A stretch of 63,803 bases of DNA, counting the filler, from Chrysochromulina tobinii (lineage: Eukaryota): assembly GCA_001275005.1 (NCBI GenBank). It is 7 parts of 7 records of this genome, joined end to end, with 100 filler letters (N's around TTAATTAATTAA, not from the genome) between each part and the next. Parts side by side here need not be neighbours in the genome. Positions count along the whole stretch, not along the records: positions 26,597 to 34,551 come from JWZX01000074.1; positions 34,652 to 55,973 come from JWZX01000076.1; 5 more parts are not named here. The stretch is one strand, 5' to 3'. The notes under the pieces were generated by a model. That model did not search any database. It saw only the letters and a list, made by a program, of their open reading frames with translations, and had not been told where the DNA came from. The stretch's first letter is position 1, and every line of letters starts with the position of its first letter. Below, in pieces: positions 31,901 through 43,879 of the stretch. The position numbers and the translations under genes were made by a program.

Positions 31901-34056
31901 CAAGTGCTCACTACAGCGCGAGTGCTTCGCTGAGCTCGCGCTGCACCAGATGGCGCTCGATCTCACGTGGATTGCCACTGATGACCTGCCTTGCATGCAA
32001 GCGCTCACCACAGCGCGCGTGCTTCGCGCTGCACCAGATGGCGCTCGACCTCAGGTCGATCCCGTCGCTCTCGCCGGAGGAGGAGGCGGTGCTGCAGGCG
32101 ATGCGAGAGTACATTCGCGCCGCGTCGCTCCAAAAGATGGCCAAAGTCCGCATGTGGGAGACCGAGAATCTGCAGCTGCTCCAGCAGCAAATCAAGGGAG
32201 GCGGCGGCGGCGGAGAGCTAGTAGCCTTCCGAACCCTCTCGCAGCACATCAAGGTCCATCGGCTCGGCCCGCCGCAACCCCCTGCCTCGCCCGCAAAGCC
32301 CCGCGGCGGCTCGCTCATCGGCAGAGCGCGTACCGGAGCCGAGATCAAGCCAGCCTCTCCCTCAGCGTCGCCGGCGTCGCCTCGAACGGCGGGTGGCGCC
32401 GGCGCGGCCGGAGGGATGCTGGAAGGCAATGGTGGCGTCGGTGGCGTCGGTGGTGGTGCTGCGGCGGCCGGGGGGGGCGGCGATGGCGCCGACGGCACCC
32501 AGCCCAAACGCACGACGTCCATGGCGGCGCGCGCGACGTCCATCGCGAAGGCCAATGTTGCCATCTTTGGGCGTCCCAAGGCTCGGGTGGACGTCGCGGC
32601 GGTCGGCAGGGTCGGTGCGGAGGTTGGCACGGCGATTGACGAAGCCGCCTGGCCCGCAGGCCGTCGGCTGCCCTCGGGATGGCATGGATGCGCGACACCG
32701 GGCTCGTTGGTGGCGGCGCTGCGCGCCCACCCCGAGGGCGTTCGCCAACTCGTGCGCTCAAGCGACGGCCAGTGGATCGTCTCACGCGGCTCGAGCTCTT
32801 CGTTGCACCTCTACAGCAGCCGTGCGCTCATCGAAGAGTTCTCCCATTCGCCCATCGCACGCCAGCCGCTGCCCGGGCAGTCGGTGACCGCCTCGGGCGT
32901 CGCCTTCTGCATGCAGGACGCCGCCGTCGCGCTCGCCACCAGTGACGGAACTCAGGCGCTGCAGGGTTCGGCTTCGTCACACGTCTCGCTGCTCGCAATG
33001 GAGCGCTTCGGCGCACCCGACGCGCTCATCTCGCGCTTCAGCCTGTCGGGCGAGCAGGGCTGCCTGCTCAATCTGGGAGTGCTCGGCGGCGGAGGAGCAG
33101 GCGGAGGCGGAGGAGGTGGTGGAGGTCTCGTCCTGTACACGACGGAGTCGGGCGAGGCTTGCGCCATCGACCCTCGCTCAGGCGGCGCCGCGTGGCGCGT
33201 TCGATGCGGCCGGCCCCTCGGCCTCATGCAAGCCCACGCGACGGACGCGGCGGGCCAGTGGCTCGTCCTCGGATCGAGCACAGGCCACTGTGTGCTGTGG
33301 GACCTGCGCTACTCACTCAAGCTCAAGCTCGCCACGTGGCAGTGCCCGAACGCCTCGCGCGTGCACACCATGCTCGCGGTGCGTCCGCCCGCCTCGACGC
33401 GCCCGACGCTGTTGCTCGGGACCGATGACAACCTCGTGCTCGGGTACGAGCTGGGAGACGAGAGTCCCCGATGCACCTTGCTGCTGCAGCCTGAGACAAC
33501 GCCCGACGCCCTCGCCTTCGCCGCCGCTGCGCCCGTGCGCCCGCCGCAGTCGGTCCTTCAGCCGTACGCCCTCACCCTCGCTGCCACAGCGGCCGGCCCA
33601 GCGGCCGCGGCGGCGGCGGCGGCGGGTAGCGCCTCGGTGCGCGCTCTAGCGGCACCTCTGGATGGGAGCTGCGTGCTCACGGCGAGCTCGGACACTCGAC
33701 TGCGCTGCTGGCAGCTGCGCGCCGAGCCGAGCACTTCATTCCTCGTGGGCGGCCAACCGCTCGACACGCTCCCCACACGCTTCGAGGAGGTGCGTGTGAG
33801 CCAGCTGGCCGGCTGCCGTGTGGTGCGCGAGGTGCGCGCCTATGCGCGAGATACCTCATCGGTCTCACTCGGCACGGCGGGCCCCGCGAAAGACATGGCG
33901 CAGCGACCAGCCACCGTGGGTGCAGAGGATATGGGCTGCGCGGCCGCGGTGACGAGCATCGTGTACTGCCCCGCGCCACAGGCGCAGCAAGCAGGCCTCC
34001 TGCTCGCCGGCTCGCTTGATGGCACCGTGCGCGTGTGGCGCCATGTACGTGTGTGA
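28934..34056 (+). CDS. VPS15: PI3K regulatory subunit VPS15/PIK3R4; exons 28934-31093, 31176-31865, 32038-34056
   Basis: MGNQL myristoylation start, kinase-like domain (EKRWLAFQLL, HGDVKAENIMVTSWNW), HEAT repeats and C-terminal WD40. The two introns restore one frame. Confidence 0.95.
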
Positions 34057-34814
34057 GAAAAAAAGCGCCCTCAGTTGCCCCCGAATACAGCGACATCAAA
34101 ACGATGGGTGTGCGCGTTCGGTTTCGTGCGTGCCCCTGCAGTGCGTGTGTGGCATGCACCAAATTTATTTCTCAAATAAGAAAGCCATCATGTAACCAGA
34201 AGTACCTCTGCTCCGGCGCGGCCTACACGCTTACCGAGAGGAACCCTCTTCCGAGCTCGGGGAACTGCACCTGTGACCGGCAAGGCACGACGCGCGAAGC
34301 AGCCACTGCACGGAGGGTCGCGCGCGCGCCTGGACGGACGAGGAAGCACGACCGCTAATTTCGCAAACTTGCACGCACCCGTTAACGAAACCAACCAACA
34401 CGGCGCCAGTCCGAGCGGCACACGCAACAGCGCCGACGAGTGGGGCAAGCGGGCCCGTTGCCGCGGTCCTGGCCGGAGCGCGCAGAAGGAACAGGGTAGC
34501 CACATACGACGAGACCAGCCACAGGACGGGACCGCGCAAGCAAAAGATACTNNNNNNNNNNNNNNNNNNNNNNNNNNNNNNNNNNNNNNNNNNNNTTAAT
34601 TAATTAANNNNNNNNNNNNNNNNNNNNNNNNNNNNNNNNNNNNNNNNNNNNGGGGGGGGGGGGGGGGGCGCGCGCGCGGGCCGGCGGGCGGAGGCTTCCG
34701 CTCTCAAACGTTACAAATTTACGTAAACGTTTTGCGTTTCCGATTCCATCCGCCGTTCGATAGCACGGCATCGGCAAAAAACAAACAGCGCAACCGGGGG
34801 GCGCTCCTGCTCTC

Positions 34815-35077
34815 TCAAGTCGCAATCGGCCAACGTGCACAGCGACGCGCGACGCCCATGCGCATCCAGTAGAAGGGCGTCTTGCTGGTCGGGATGTCGA
34901 GGTCAAGGATGTAGTTGCTCGAGGCGCACGTGGTGGTGAGCACACCCTTGCGCTCGGCAGCCTTGTAGAGCGGGCACGCAAAGTCCTTTTTGTTGTGCTC
35001 AAAGTTCTGTCCTGGGATGAAGTGGAAGACGGGCATCGTGTCGAACATCTCCTCTTGTGGTACGAGTCGGCGATCAT
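34815..35077 (-). pseudogene. Orphan C-terminal fragment of an axonemal dynein heavy chain
   Basis: EMFDTMPVFHF..FACPLYKAAERKGVLTTT..SSNYILDLDIP..YWMRMGVA matches the dynein heavy chain C-terminal signature. There is an apparent frameshift after MIADS and no upstream dynein sequence. Confidence 0.7.
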
Positions 35078-35124
35078 GCTGGACGCACGTGGCGAGGCGC
35101 TGGCGCCTCCGTCGTCCACGTCAG

Positions 35125-36424
35125 TTACCCCCAGCCTCTCTCGCTGTGGAAGCTGTCGTCAGCGCTGCTGCGCCGACTGACCTCAGTGATGGAAGAGAGG
35201 CTGACCTGATCTGCGCTCTTATATCTCGGGCGAAGGTGTGCCTCCAACAGGCTAGTCTTTGCCTGGGCTCGGCTTACCAGATTTCGCTGCTGCTCCTCGG
35301 TGAGTGGCTTGAGCGACCAATCACGCTCCTGCTTCTCGCAGAGCGTGCGCAGCTCGAAATAGTAGGAGGCGTACAGCGAGGCGGAGATGGACACGTTATA
35401 CTGCACGAGCTCCAAAAACTGCTTCTCGAGCCGGTTGATGTCCTTGAGCGAATACGCAGAGCAGATGACCGAAAAGTCGACGTTGAGGAGCGATTTGTCG
35501 TCCCACACCTTTTGTGCCACGATCATCGCGGCAAGCAGTATGGGCTGCCAGTTCGACATGAGAAGGTGCAGTCCGGTGAGCGAGCGCAGCCGTTCGATGT
35601 ACAGGAGAGAGATGACGAGGCACTCCGACGAGAACTCTGCAATCGAGTAGATCGACTTGATCGCAAGGAAGATTGTGTCCTCGGACGTATCTGCTGAGGC
35701 CAGCTGCGCGAGCAGCGGCTTGCTCTGCATGTTGAACACCTCGGGTAGCCGTTTGGCCATCGCCGGGTCGTCCTGCAGCGCCTTTTCGCCCTCCTCGATG
35801 CGATCGTGGATCACGATCGATACGCAGAAGATGATCTCATCGGTGCACGGCCTCGTGATGGTGGAGTCGATGTACAACGACGAGGTCGAATTGTATTTCG
35901 GCCTAATGTGCGACGGAGTTTTGAAGCTCCCCGCGGCCGAAGGAGGCTCGGAAGGCGCGCAAGAAGTTGAAGGCTCGGAAGGTGCGGCCGGCGCGGCGGG
36001 TAAGGCCGGCGGCGGCGGCAAGGCTAACGTCGGAGCAAGAGCGTTGATAGCGAGCATCTGCACGAGCGAGGATGCGGGGCGTGAGGAGGGCAAACGCAAG
36101 CATGCGTTTGCGTCTGGGCTCGCGGAGAGCTGCGCACCAGCCGTCGCCTGTGGCCCTCGACGGTCACAAGCTCTCTGAGTTTCGTGTCGGTGAGCTCACG
36201 CAGCTGTGCCGGCTCCACCACGGCGTCAGCGAAGGCCTGTTTGTATTGGGGCTGTGCGAGGAAGGGGAGAGAGAGAGAGCGAGGGAGAGAGAGAGAGAGA
36301 GAGCGTGAGATTTGCCGTAACATTGGGCGCGGCAGGGCAGGAGTATCCTTACCAGCCCGATGGCTTGCAGCCACTCGGCCACGTCGTCCACCTCCTTGGG
36401 AAACGTGCTGATTTTACCATACAT
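35125..36424 (-). CDS. SAM-domain / cyclin Y-like protein; exons 36424-36353, 36251-36138, 36057-35125
   Basis: Spliced N-terminus DVAEWLQAIGL|PQYKQAF..LRELTD..GHRRRL|MLAI forms a SAM domain. Cyclin Y box: NWQPILL..AQKVWDD..INRLEKQFLELVQYNV..YASYYFELR. Confidence 0.85.
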
Positions 36425-37104
36425 ACGGGCCGCAAGACTCCACGTCGAAGGCGCGCAGCGCGTCGAGTAACCCGCGAAGCCTAGGGTGGGCGAGTTTCGC
36501 CCCGCGGCGCACTTGCGCGCTCGCTTGTTGCTCTTTCTCCCTCTGGAAGGCAGTCGAAGACACAACAAACATGCCTGTTTTGGTTTCTTTCTAAAACGTT
36601 TTAGTACATCTAGGATAACTGACCTGGTAAGAGATGGCCAATGGCGGTGAAGCTTGTGGCCAACGTTCCCGTACGGGACGCGAGCCCCGACGCTAGCCTT
36701 GGCCCTTGGGGGGATGCGGAGCCGGGGGGAGTCGCGCGTGTGCAATGACTTAGGACTTCGCTCTTCGGATCACTCAACAGATCTCGATCATCACGAGTAA
36801 CACGTGTCTACTATTTATGGACCCAAACAGAAACAACACCGAGTTTCGATCCGACTCTCCCTTCCCATCTGCCATCACCCATGAGTCGAGGCCCCTGATC
36901 GGTTTTATCGGTATAGGGTGGGGCTGTGCGGGTACGAGTGCATCCGCACGTACGCGGAATCGCGGATGCCAGTGAGTAATTGAAACGGAGAGTCATGTAT
37001 TAAACACGAATCACAATCAGGACGAACACTGTGAGACTTCTGACTTGAGAGTCACTACCTGCCTACATACAGATGGAAGCGCTCATGGTACATGATTGCG
37101 ATGG

Positions 37105-37542
37105 CTAATCGCCGCCACTACCTCTACCACTACCGCTGGCATCGGCGGCCGGCACAGCTGGCTTCACTGCCGCAGCACCGCCTCGCTCTCCTGGCATCGC
37201 ACCAGCGCCTCCCACTTTCAACAGCGTAGCCTCAAAGTCGTCGGCAATGTTGCTCAGCGCCTTTGACTGGATCTTGGCGTGATCGAGCTGCACTGCGTTG
37301 AGGCGCGCTTCAAAGGCCTGCAGCCTCTGCGCCATTTCCGCCTGTTGCTTGACGTTGAGGTTCTCCATGCCCTTGAGAATCGTGTCGGCGAGCTTGTCGG
37401 CGAGCGCGGTGCGTGCCTGTGCGTTTTGCTCAAGCTGCTCGCGCTGCTGCGCCTGCAGCGCGCGCGCACGTGCGAGCGTCTCGGGCGCCGTGCGGTTGAG
37501 CTCGCGCAGCGCCTTGACCGTCGTCCACAGGCGCATCAACAT
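37105..37542 (-). CDS. Hypothetical coiled-coil protein
   Basis: Helical Q/A/E-rich ORF from ATG 37542, divergent from syntaxin-16. Confidence 0.55.
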   Translation of the reverse strand: MLMRLWTTVKALRELNRTAPETLARARALQAQQREQLEQNAQARTALADKLADTILKGMENLNVKQQAEMAQRLQAFEARLNAVQLDHAKIQSKALSNIADDFEATLLKVGGAGAMPGERGGAAAVKPAVPAADASGSGRGSGGD

Positions 37543-37717
37543 TTCACGCGACGCCGCGACGAGAGGGCTTTCTCGAAATAGTTCCGATATCGAGATGTAG
37601 AAATAGAGGCACTCTTGCGTGTTGTCAAATCGCGTTGTGTTGAACAGCGAGTTTCCAAGTTTTTCCTCTTGTTTTTGTGTGCACTCGCGCGAGCGCATTG
37701 ACAGTGTCTTCACGAGA

Positions 37718-38893
37718 ATGGCATCCCGCAACCTGACGGCGGCGTACCTGCGCCACCGCGAAGCCACGCGGAGTCACAAGAGCATCAGGAACAAGACCAA
37801 CATGGAGCTCCGCGACTTCAAGGTGCAGAAGAATCTGTTGGCAGCGCACAGCGACGACGAGGGCAGCACAGTGGATGCGCGCGTCTACAGCGTGCCGCCC
37901 ATGTGGGTGTCGCTCGTGGACGACATGAATCGTGACATCTCTCAGATCAAGATCAAGCGTACGCGCGGATTTCCGGACGGAACCTGCGTGCGCGGAGCCG
38001 CCTTCGCTCGACAGTGCACTGACGTGCCGCTCCCCTGTGCCTCGCCCAGTCTCTGAGCTCAACACGAGCGCGGGAAAGGCGCTGCTGCCTGGCTTCGCGG
38101 ATGATGACGACTCGGAAGACCTCGTGGGAAACACGATCGGCGAGGTCAAGGGGCTCTTCCAGGATTGCGAGCGCAAGCTCAAGGAGCTCATCAAAACCAA
38201 AAGCGAGGGTTCGCAGGACGAGGTGAGCGCGCGATTCGCACCCGTCGCCAGCGCGCGGAGCAGACGATCTTGCTCGCCACAGCCCTTGACGCCGTCCCGG
38301 CGCGTGCGCGCGCCACCCGCCCTCTGCAGACGGCGGTGCGGAAAAACATCGAGCGGCGGATCGCGCAGCAGCTGCAAGATTTGGGTGGCGAGTTCCGAAA
38401 AGGACATAAGCATTACATAGCAAAGCTCAAGGGGCAGACGATTGAGGAGTACAAGCCCGACCTGACCTTCAACTCAGGACCTAGCGGCAGCGGCGGCGGC
38501 GGCGGCTTCTTCGACGACGATGAGGAGAAGGGCGCGGCGGGTGGGGGTGACCCACGGTTCTCAGCTGCGCAGACGCTGCAACTGGTGATGGCGGAACGGA
38601 TGACTGAGGAGCGCGAGAAGGCGATCACCAAGGTCGCCGAGAGCGTGAACGATCTTGCCGAGATCTTCAAGGAGATCCAGGTGCTCGTCATCGATCAGGG
38701 CACCATCCTCGACCGCATCGATTACAACATCGAGCAGGCGGCCGACCGCGTCGTGGCGGCACGCGGCGAGATCGAGAAGGCCAACGATTATCAGAAAAAG
38801 AGCCGCACAATGATGTGCATCTACCTGCTCCTCGTCATGTGCGGCTTCATGGTCTGTATTCTCATTGTCAAGAAGATGGCCCTCGGCGCGTAG
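37718..38893 (+). CDS. STX16: Syntaxin-16/Tlg2 Qa-SNARE; exons 37718-37958, 38050-38222, 38330-38893
   Basis: N-peptide MASRNLT..Y, PPMWV, SNARE motif LVIDQGTILDRIDYNIE and a C-terminal TM. Two GT-AG introns are in phase. Confidence 0.93.
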
Positions 38894-39285
38894 CGCTTGG
38901 CTCGCCGGGGTCGTTCGCACGTCCAGCCGCAGCAGACTGAGCGGTTCTGGCTGTCACTCACTGCAGGCGCGTACTAGAGTAAATTGTGGATTGCCATCTC
39001 CTTCGGTGTGCTGCTCGTTAGTCTGAGAGCCGGACGATTACGATATGAAATCTACTAATTGAAAGACGGATAGACGGTCAACTTACTAAAATTTTCCGGG
39101 CCCCTCCGAGCCCAAAAGGCAAACCTTTACCTTCAGCTTAAAGCTAGGGCGAGGGCGACCTTCGTCTCGGTCGGGAGGGAGGTGGGACAATCTCAAGCCC
39201 ACAAGCCGGGATTTTCCCCACAAAACTGACAGGCAGCGACACAAGAGTTGGCAGCAGCTCTCCCATCTCCTCTTTCCGCGCACGG

Positions 39286-41697
39286 ATGATGATGGTGTGT
39301 CGGGCGCAGGTCCTGCTCGCTCTCCTGCTGCTCCCCACGGCGGCGCCCGCGGTGGTTGCGCTCAATGCGCGCGCGCCGCCGCCGCTGTCGCGATTGTCGA
39401 CCTCCCATTCGTCCGCCGAGGTCCCCCTGCCGCCGACCGCTGAGCTCACAACGCACGTCATAAACAATGAGCAAACCCTGGTCCCTTCGGCGGCCCATGG
39501 CGCCATGCCATTCGTCAGCATCGACGCGAGCAACCAGACGCTAAACATCCATCCGGCCGCGCTCCACGCGCTTGCCAGCGCGCCCGCTCCCATCTGCGTC
39601 CTCTCGATTGCCGGCGCCGCCCAGGAGGGCAAGTCGGCATGGCTTAACATGTTCTCGCACTGGCTGCGCGAGCGCTGGCCGACGGTCGGCGCCACAGACG
39701 CGGGTGTCCCCTTCAAGATCGGCCGCAGCATCTTCGACGACGACTCCACGCAGGGGGCGTGGCTGCGCGTCTTCACCGGAAAGGGTACGACGGCCCGCCC
39801 CTCTCCCCCCTTGGCTCTCTATCGCGAGCCTCGCGGGCCGCCTCGCTCACGCCCTGCCCTCCCACACACTCTGCCCTGACCCCCCGCCTTGCCCTTGCGC
39901 TGGCAGAGGGGCGGCCGTTGCCAGGCACCGAGTGCATCTCGGTCGCCTTGATCGACACGCAGGCACCGCCGCGGGCGCTCTCGCTCGACGCGGGCCCCGA
40001 GAGCGGCGTGGGCGTCAGCGCGGGCGCGCACAAGCTCTTCTCCCTTGCCACGCTCGCCTCGTCTGTGGTGACGCTCAATGTGATGAGCCCTGCCCTGAAC
40101 CTTTTCGGCCCGCTCGGTGCGATGCTTCGCGACACGCAGCGCCACCTGCTCGAGCCTGCAGCGGGTGGATTCGTGGGCGAGCCGCCCAATCTCGTGCTCC
40201 TCGAACGAGATGTGCTCCGTCCGGCGGCGTCGACGGCGGTGCTCGAGTACGCGATGCTCGAGCCGCGCGGCGACGCGCTCGACGACGCGCGCGCCGCCGT
40301 GCGCCGCCTCTTCCACAACCGAACGTTGGTACAGATGGCGCCACCCGAGGCCGCCGATCTCGACGCGATCTCGCGAGGCGAGATGCCGCCGCAGCACCGG
40401 CTGCGCAACCTGCCGCTCTCGGGCGTGCGCCCCTTTTACGCGGGCTTCGACGCGGCGGCGAGCGCCACCGTGGGCGCTCTCCGCCCGAAGACGCTCGGCG
40501 GCATGCCCCTGCATGGACGCGAGCTGGCGGAAGCTCTCGTGGGTCTCTCGGTGGCACTCAACGAGCACGCGCCCGCGTCGCTGGCCGCCCAAGTGTACGA
40601 TTCGCTGCGGGCGCAGGCCAAGGAGGCGGCTGATGCGGCGGTGCGTGCGGGTGTAAGGTCCCTCCGCCGCTTCCTTCCGTATGCTGACGCCCTCGACACC
40701 GCATTACCGGTGGGCAGCGGCGGTGGTACGAGCAGCCTGGAGGCGTCACAAATGCGAGCACCTCGCGTGGCCCTCATGTCAGCGTCGTCGCTCGAGCTCG
40801 CGCTGCGGAACGCGACGCAGTCGGCACTCGATGTATTCGCCCAGCTGGCGCCCCGCTATGGCTCAGACCCGATGGACGGCGAGCCTGCGGGCTGGCTGGC
40901 TCCCTACTTGCGCTCTGTGCTCACTGAGCTGGGCTCTCTCTCCCGCCAGGCGCGCCAGGCGCACGTGCACGCGCAGCGCCTGTACGCGCTCGCGCGGCGC
41001 GAGCGCCAGCTGCTGCGACGTCTTCATGAGGCCGAGGCTGTGACTGCGGCAGCCGTCGAGAGCCGTGTGAAGCAGGCCCTCGCCGAGCGCCTTGACGAGC
41101 GCCTCGGGCCGGCGGCCGCGGCCGTTACACAGGCGCACAGGTCGTGGCTCCCCCATTCACCGCCACAGCATCACTCGGCGAGCGGGTCGGGCGGATTGGA
41201 TGATCACTCAGCGACTTGGGACGCGACGGCCGTGCCGCAATGGGCACGTAACCGCCAACTGCGCCAGGTACGCTTCCTAAAATGGGAGACGCTCGACCTC
41301 GCATGCAAGTGCTCACCACGGCGCCCTCTCTTGTCCACAGGATCTGCTGTCCAACCTGCTCCTCCTCGCGCTCGGGGCCTCGGCGGCTGTGTGCCCACCG
41401 GCAGCGCTCATACGGGTGGCACCCCTGATGGCGAGCGCCCCCACCGTCTTCGCCCTGATGGGTATCTATCGGCTCGCCCAGCGGCCCGTGGCCAAGGCGG
41501 CAGGCTTCTTTTGGGGCAGTGTGCGCTCTGTGAGCAGCGCCGTGCTGGGCGCCGCCTCGCGCTTGACGCAGCGGCTGGATGCATCCCTGGCCTCCCTCGT
41601 GACCGGGATCGCCGAAAACCTTGTGAACGACGAGTTTGGCCAGCAGCTTGTCTGCGGCCATAGCTTGCGAAATGTGCCGTGCGCGCCGCCGGCGTGA
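39286..41697 (+). CDS. GBP/atlastin-like GTPase-fold membrane protein; exons 39286-39784, 39907-41267, 41341-41697
   Basis: VLSIAGAAQEGKSAWLN (G1), STQGAW (G2), LIDTQ (G3), KLFSLATLASSVVTLN, LLERD (G4) and RPKTLGG. Hydrophobic N-terminus and C-terminal hydrophobic segments. Confidence 0.75.
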
Positions 41698-41939
41698 CAC
41701 GCGCCGCCGGTGCATGCTGAGAACTACGCCAGAGGGCCACCGGATGCATGCATGTCTACGGCGCACCCGCTGAGCGAGTCGCGCGCGTGTGTGAGATGAT
41801 GTCCATGATGGGCGGCGGTGATCGATGCGAGTGTGCCGAGTGCCCGGAGTTCCTACGCGTAGTTGGGCGCCGTACAGTAACCATGTATGTTAGTAACGGG
41901 CGGTTTTCACGTTCACAGTGATTTCAAAGGTTTTGGAAA

Positions 41940-42011
41940 GTCAAGTCAAGTCTATACATAAACAACAGACACCATACGGAAGCCTATCGACTTGACTTGA
42001 CTTGACTTGAC
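41940..42011. mobile_element. 72-nt fold-back/MITE-like element with GTCAA-repeat arms and candidate 7-bp TSD
   Basis: GTCAAGTCAAGTC ... GACTTGACTTGACTTGACTTGAC, flanked by TTGGAAA at 41933-41939 and 42012-42018. Confidence 0.55.
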
Positions 42012-42134
42012 TTGGAAAGCTCGAGAGACGGCGCGCTCTCTCGCGTCTCGGCCGGCAACGCTCCCTCTTCTCCAGCCATTCTGCTCCGTCGAGCCACACG
42101 GCTGCTGAGCTTAGCCGCAGCGCGGACGCCTGCT

Positions 42135-42614
42135 ATGTCGGCAGCTGGCAACAAGTATGGCATCGCCGAGGTCGCCGGCGACGCGTCCACAACTGAAGAG
42201 CTCCAGGCGTGCAAGATTGGCGGCTGCTGCGGCAAGGATACGCCACTATTGCCAGTAGATGCCATCATGGCGAGAATGAGCGCCCTTCCAGACTGGACGC
42301 TCTCCGCCGATCAGAAAATAATCACCAAGGAATTTGTGGCCAAGAACTGGGCTGCTGCGATGGGATTCTTCAACGCTGTCAGCGAGATTGCAGAGGCTGA
42401 AGGGCATCATCCTGATTTGCATCTGACAAACTGGCGAGACGTACGCGTCGCTCTGTCGACGCATGCCATCGGCGGGCTGTCGATGCCAGATCTGGTCTTG
42501 GCGGCGAAGATCGACGCGATTGCTGTCGAGGTTTCGCCAAAATGGCTGCGCGAAAGACAAGAAGCCAAGGCGACTGGCAAGAGTGGTCAGCCCCACGACG
42601 CGGTGCTCAGCTGA
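42135..42614 (+). CDS. Pterin-4-alpha-carbinolamine dehydratase
   Basis: EAEGHHPDLHL..VALSTHAIGGLS..DLVLAAKID catalytic signature. Confidence 0.92.
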   Translation: MSAAGNKYGIAEVAGDASTTEELQACKIGGCCGKDTPLLPVDAIMARMSALPDWTLSADQKIITKEFVAKNWAAAMGFFNAVSEIAEAEGHHPDLHLTNWRDVRVALSTHAIGGLSMPDLVLAAKIDAIAVEVSPKWLRERQEAKATGKSGQPHDAVLS

Positions 42615-43189
42615 ACCCTAGGGCTCTTCGCGTCGTTGTGTTTCTATTGCATGGTATACGATAAGATCTCTAGTCGGGGCGGCGCTCCGCGGCGGCGGCG
42701 GGGGCGATCAGCCGAGCCAGCGCAACCGCCGAGCGGCCGGCGCGGTCGAGTTAGCGTAACAGGGATGCACGCGGCGACCGCCACGCGCGCCCGCACCGAA
42801 ACACACGGACGCGGACTCTCATAACTTTTGTGTATATTCCTGATGTGACATTATAATAAGGATAGCCAGTAAACGTAGGTCGTAGCGTTAAATTGCAGCG
42901 CCGCAGTATGATGACCCAAAGTCTGTGACTCCATCTGTCACCCCTCACCAGAGGAGCGGAGGAGTCCCGGGGAGGGCGTGGCAGCTACGGAGCTAACAGC
43001 TTACACTGAGCGAGCAGGGGCGAGGCCGCGAGGGCGCATGCATTACTGGCGCTCACCGCGATGCGGGCGACGAGCTCTCGGCTTAGGCGCACAGCGCAGC
43101 TTCCGCGAAGATCTGCGCCACGACGCGAGCTCACCAGCGCGCGATAGTCATCGCGTGGCGCCGTCGAGTGATGTGTAACACCCTAGCAC

Positions 43190-43726
43190 TCAGGGCTTGG
43201 CATCGGGCTTCGTAGGGTAGATTTCGCCCATCAAGGCGTCGACCTCCTCCTCGGAGAGCTCCTCGAAGCGCTTCTGGATCACAGCATTCTCGTAGTCGCG
43301 TAGCTGCTGCGCGTACGTCATGTCCTTGTTGGCGACGCGGAAGACGTAGCTTCCTGTCCACACGACAGTGCCCACACCCACGTAGCCTATCAGGATGACG
43401 TTGCCTGCGAGCACGACGTCCCACCCAAGGTTGTCAAGCATGAACGAGTAGGCGACGAACGGCAGCACGATTCCGACGATGGACCAGAAGATGATGCCGC
43501 CTTTAGTGTTCGGGTTGAGGAAGAAGGGCAGCGACTTCTTGTCGCTCTCCGCAGGAGCAGCTAATGTTGGCGCACACGCACGCGACGTGACGGCTGCCGC
43601 CGGGAGAGGCGACAACCCGCTGATGGCAGCACGGCGCGAGGGAGCCGCAAGCGCTGACGGCGGCGTGCGGAAGCCGTGGACCACGCCGAGGCCAAGGGCG
43701 AGGAGCGGGAGCAGACGTGCCGCCAT
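43190..43726 (-). CDS. DUF3007-family plastid membrane protein with bipartite targeting peptide
   Basis: Signal peptide plus Ser/Ala/Arg-rich transit peptide, two TMs, and WTGSYVFRVANKDMTYAQQLRDYE..QKRFEEL. Confidence 0.85.
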   Translation of the reverse strand: MAARLLPLLALGLGVVHGFRTPPSALAAPSRRAAISGLSPLPAAAVTSRACAPTLAAPAESDKKSLPFFLNPNTKGGIIFWSIVGIVLPFVAYSFMLDNLGWDVVLAGNVILIGYVGVGTVVWTGSYVFRVANKDMTYAQQLRDYENAVIQKRFEELSEEEVDALMGEIYPTKPDAKP

Positions 43727-43879
43727 CTCTACTTCGGGAAATCTGGAAGTTTCATTCACAACACGATCGCACCAAAAGTTTCACAGACACAAGTACTCTT
43801 TTCAGTGAGCCAATGGTTAACATTATTATAGCATTCGCACCGCGAGACTAGAACAGGCAGCACTCCAACTCCTGGCGAC

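Noticed and set aside
36735..36800. U1 snRNA-like words on the minus strand (GATCCGAAG, CATTGCAC)
   Set aside because: No 5' ACTTACCTG, no convincing stems and no Sm site seen.
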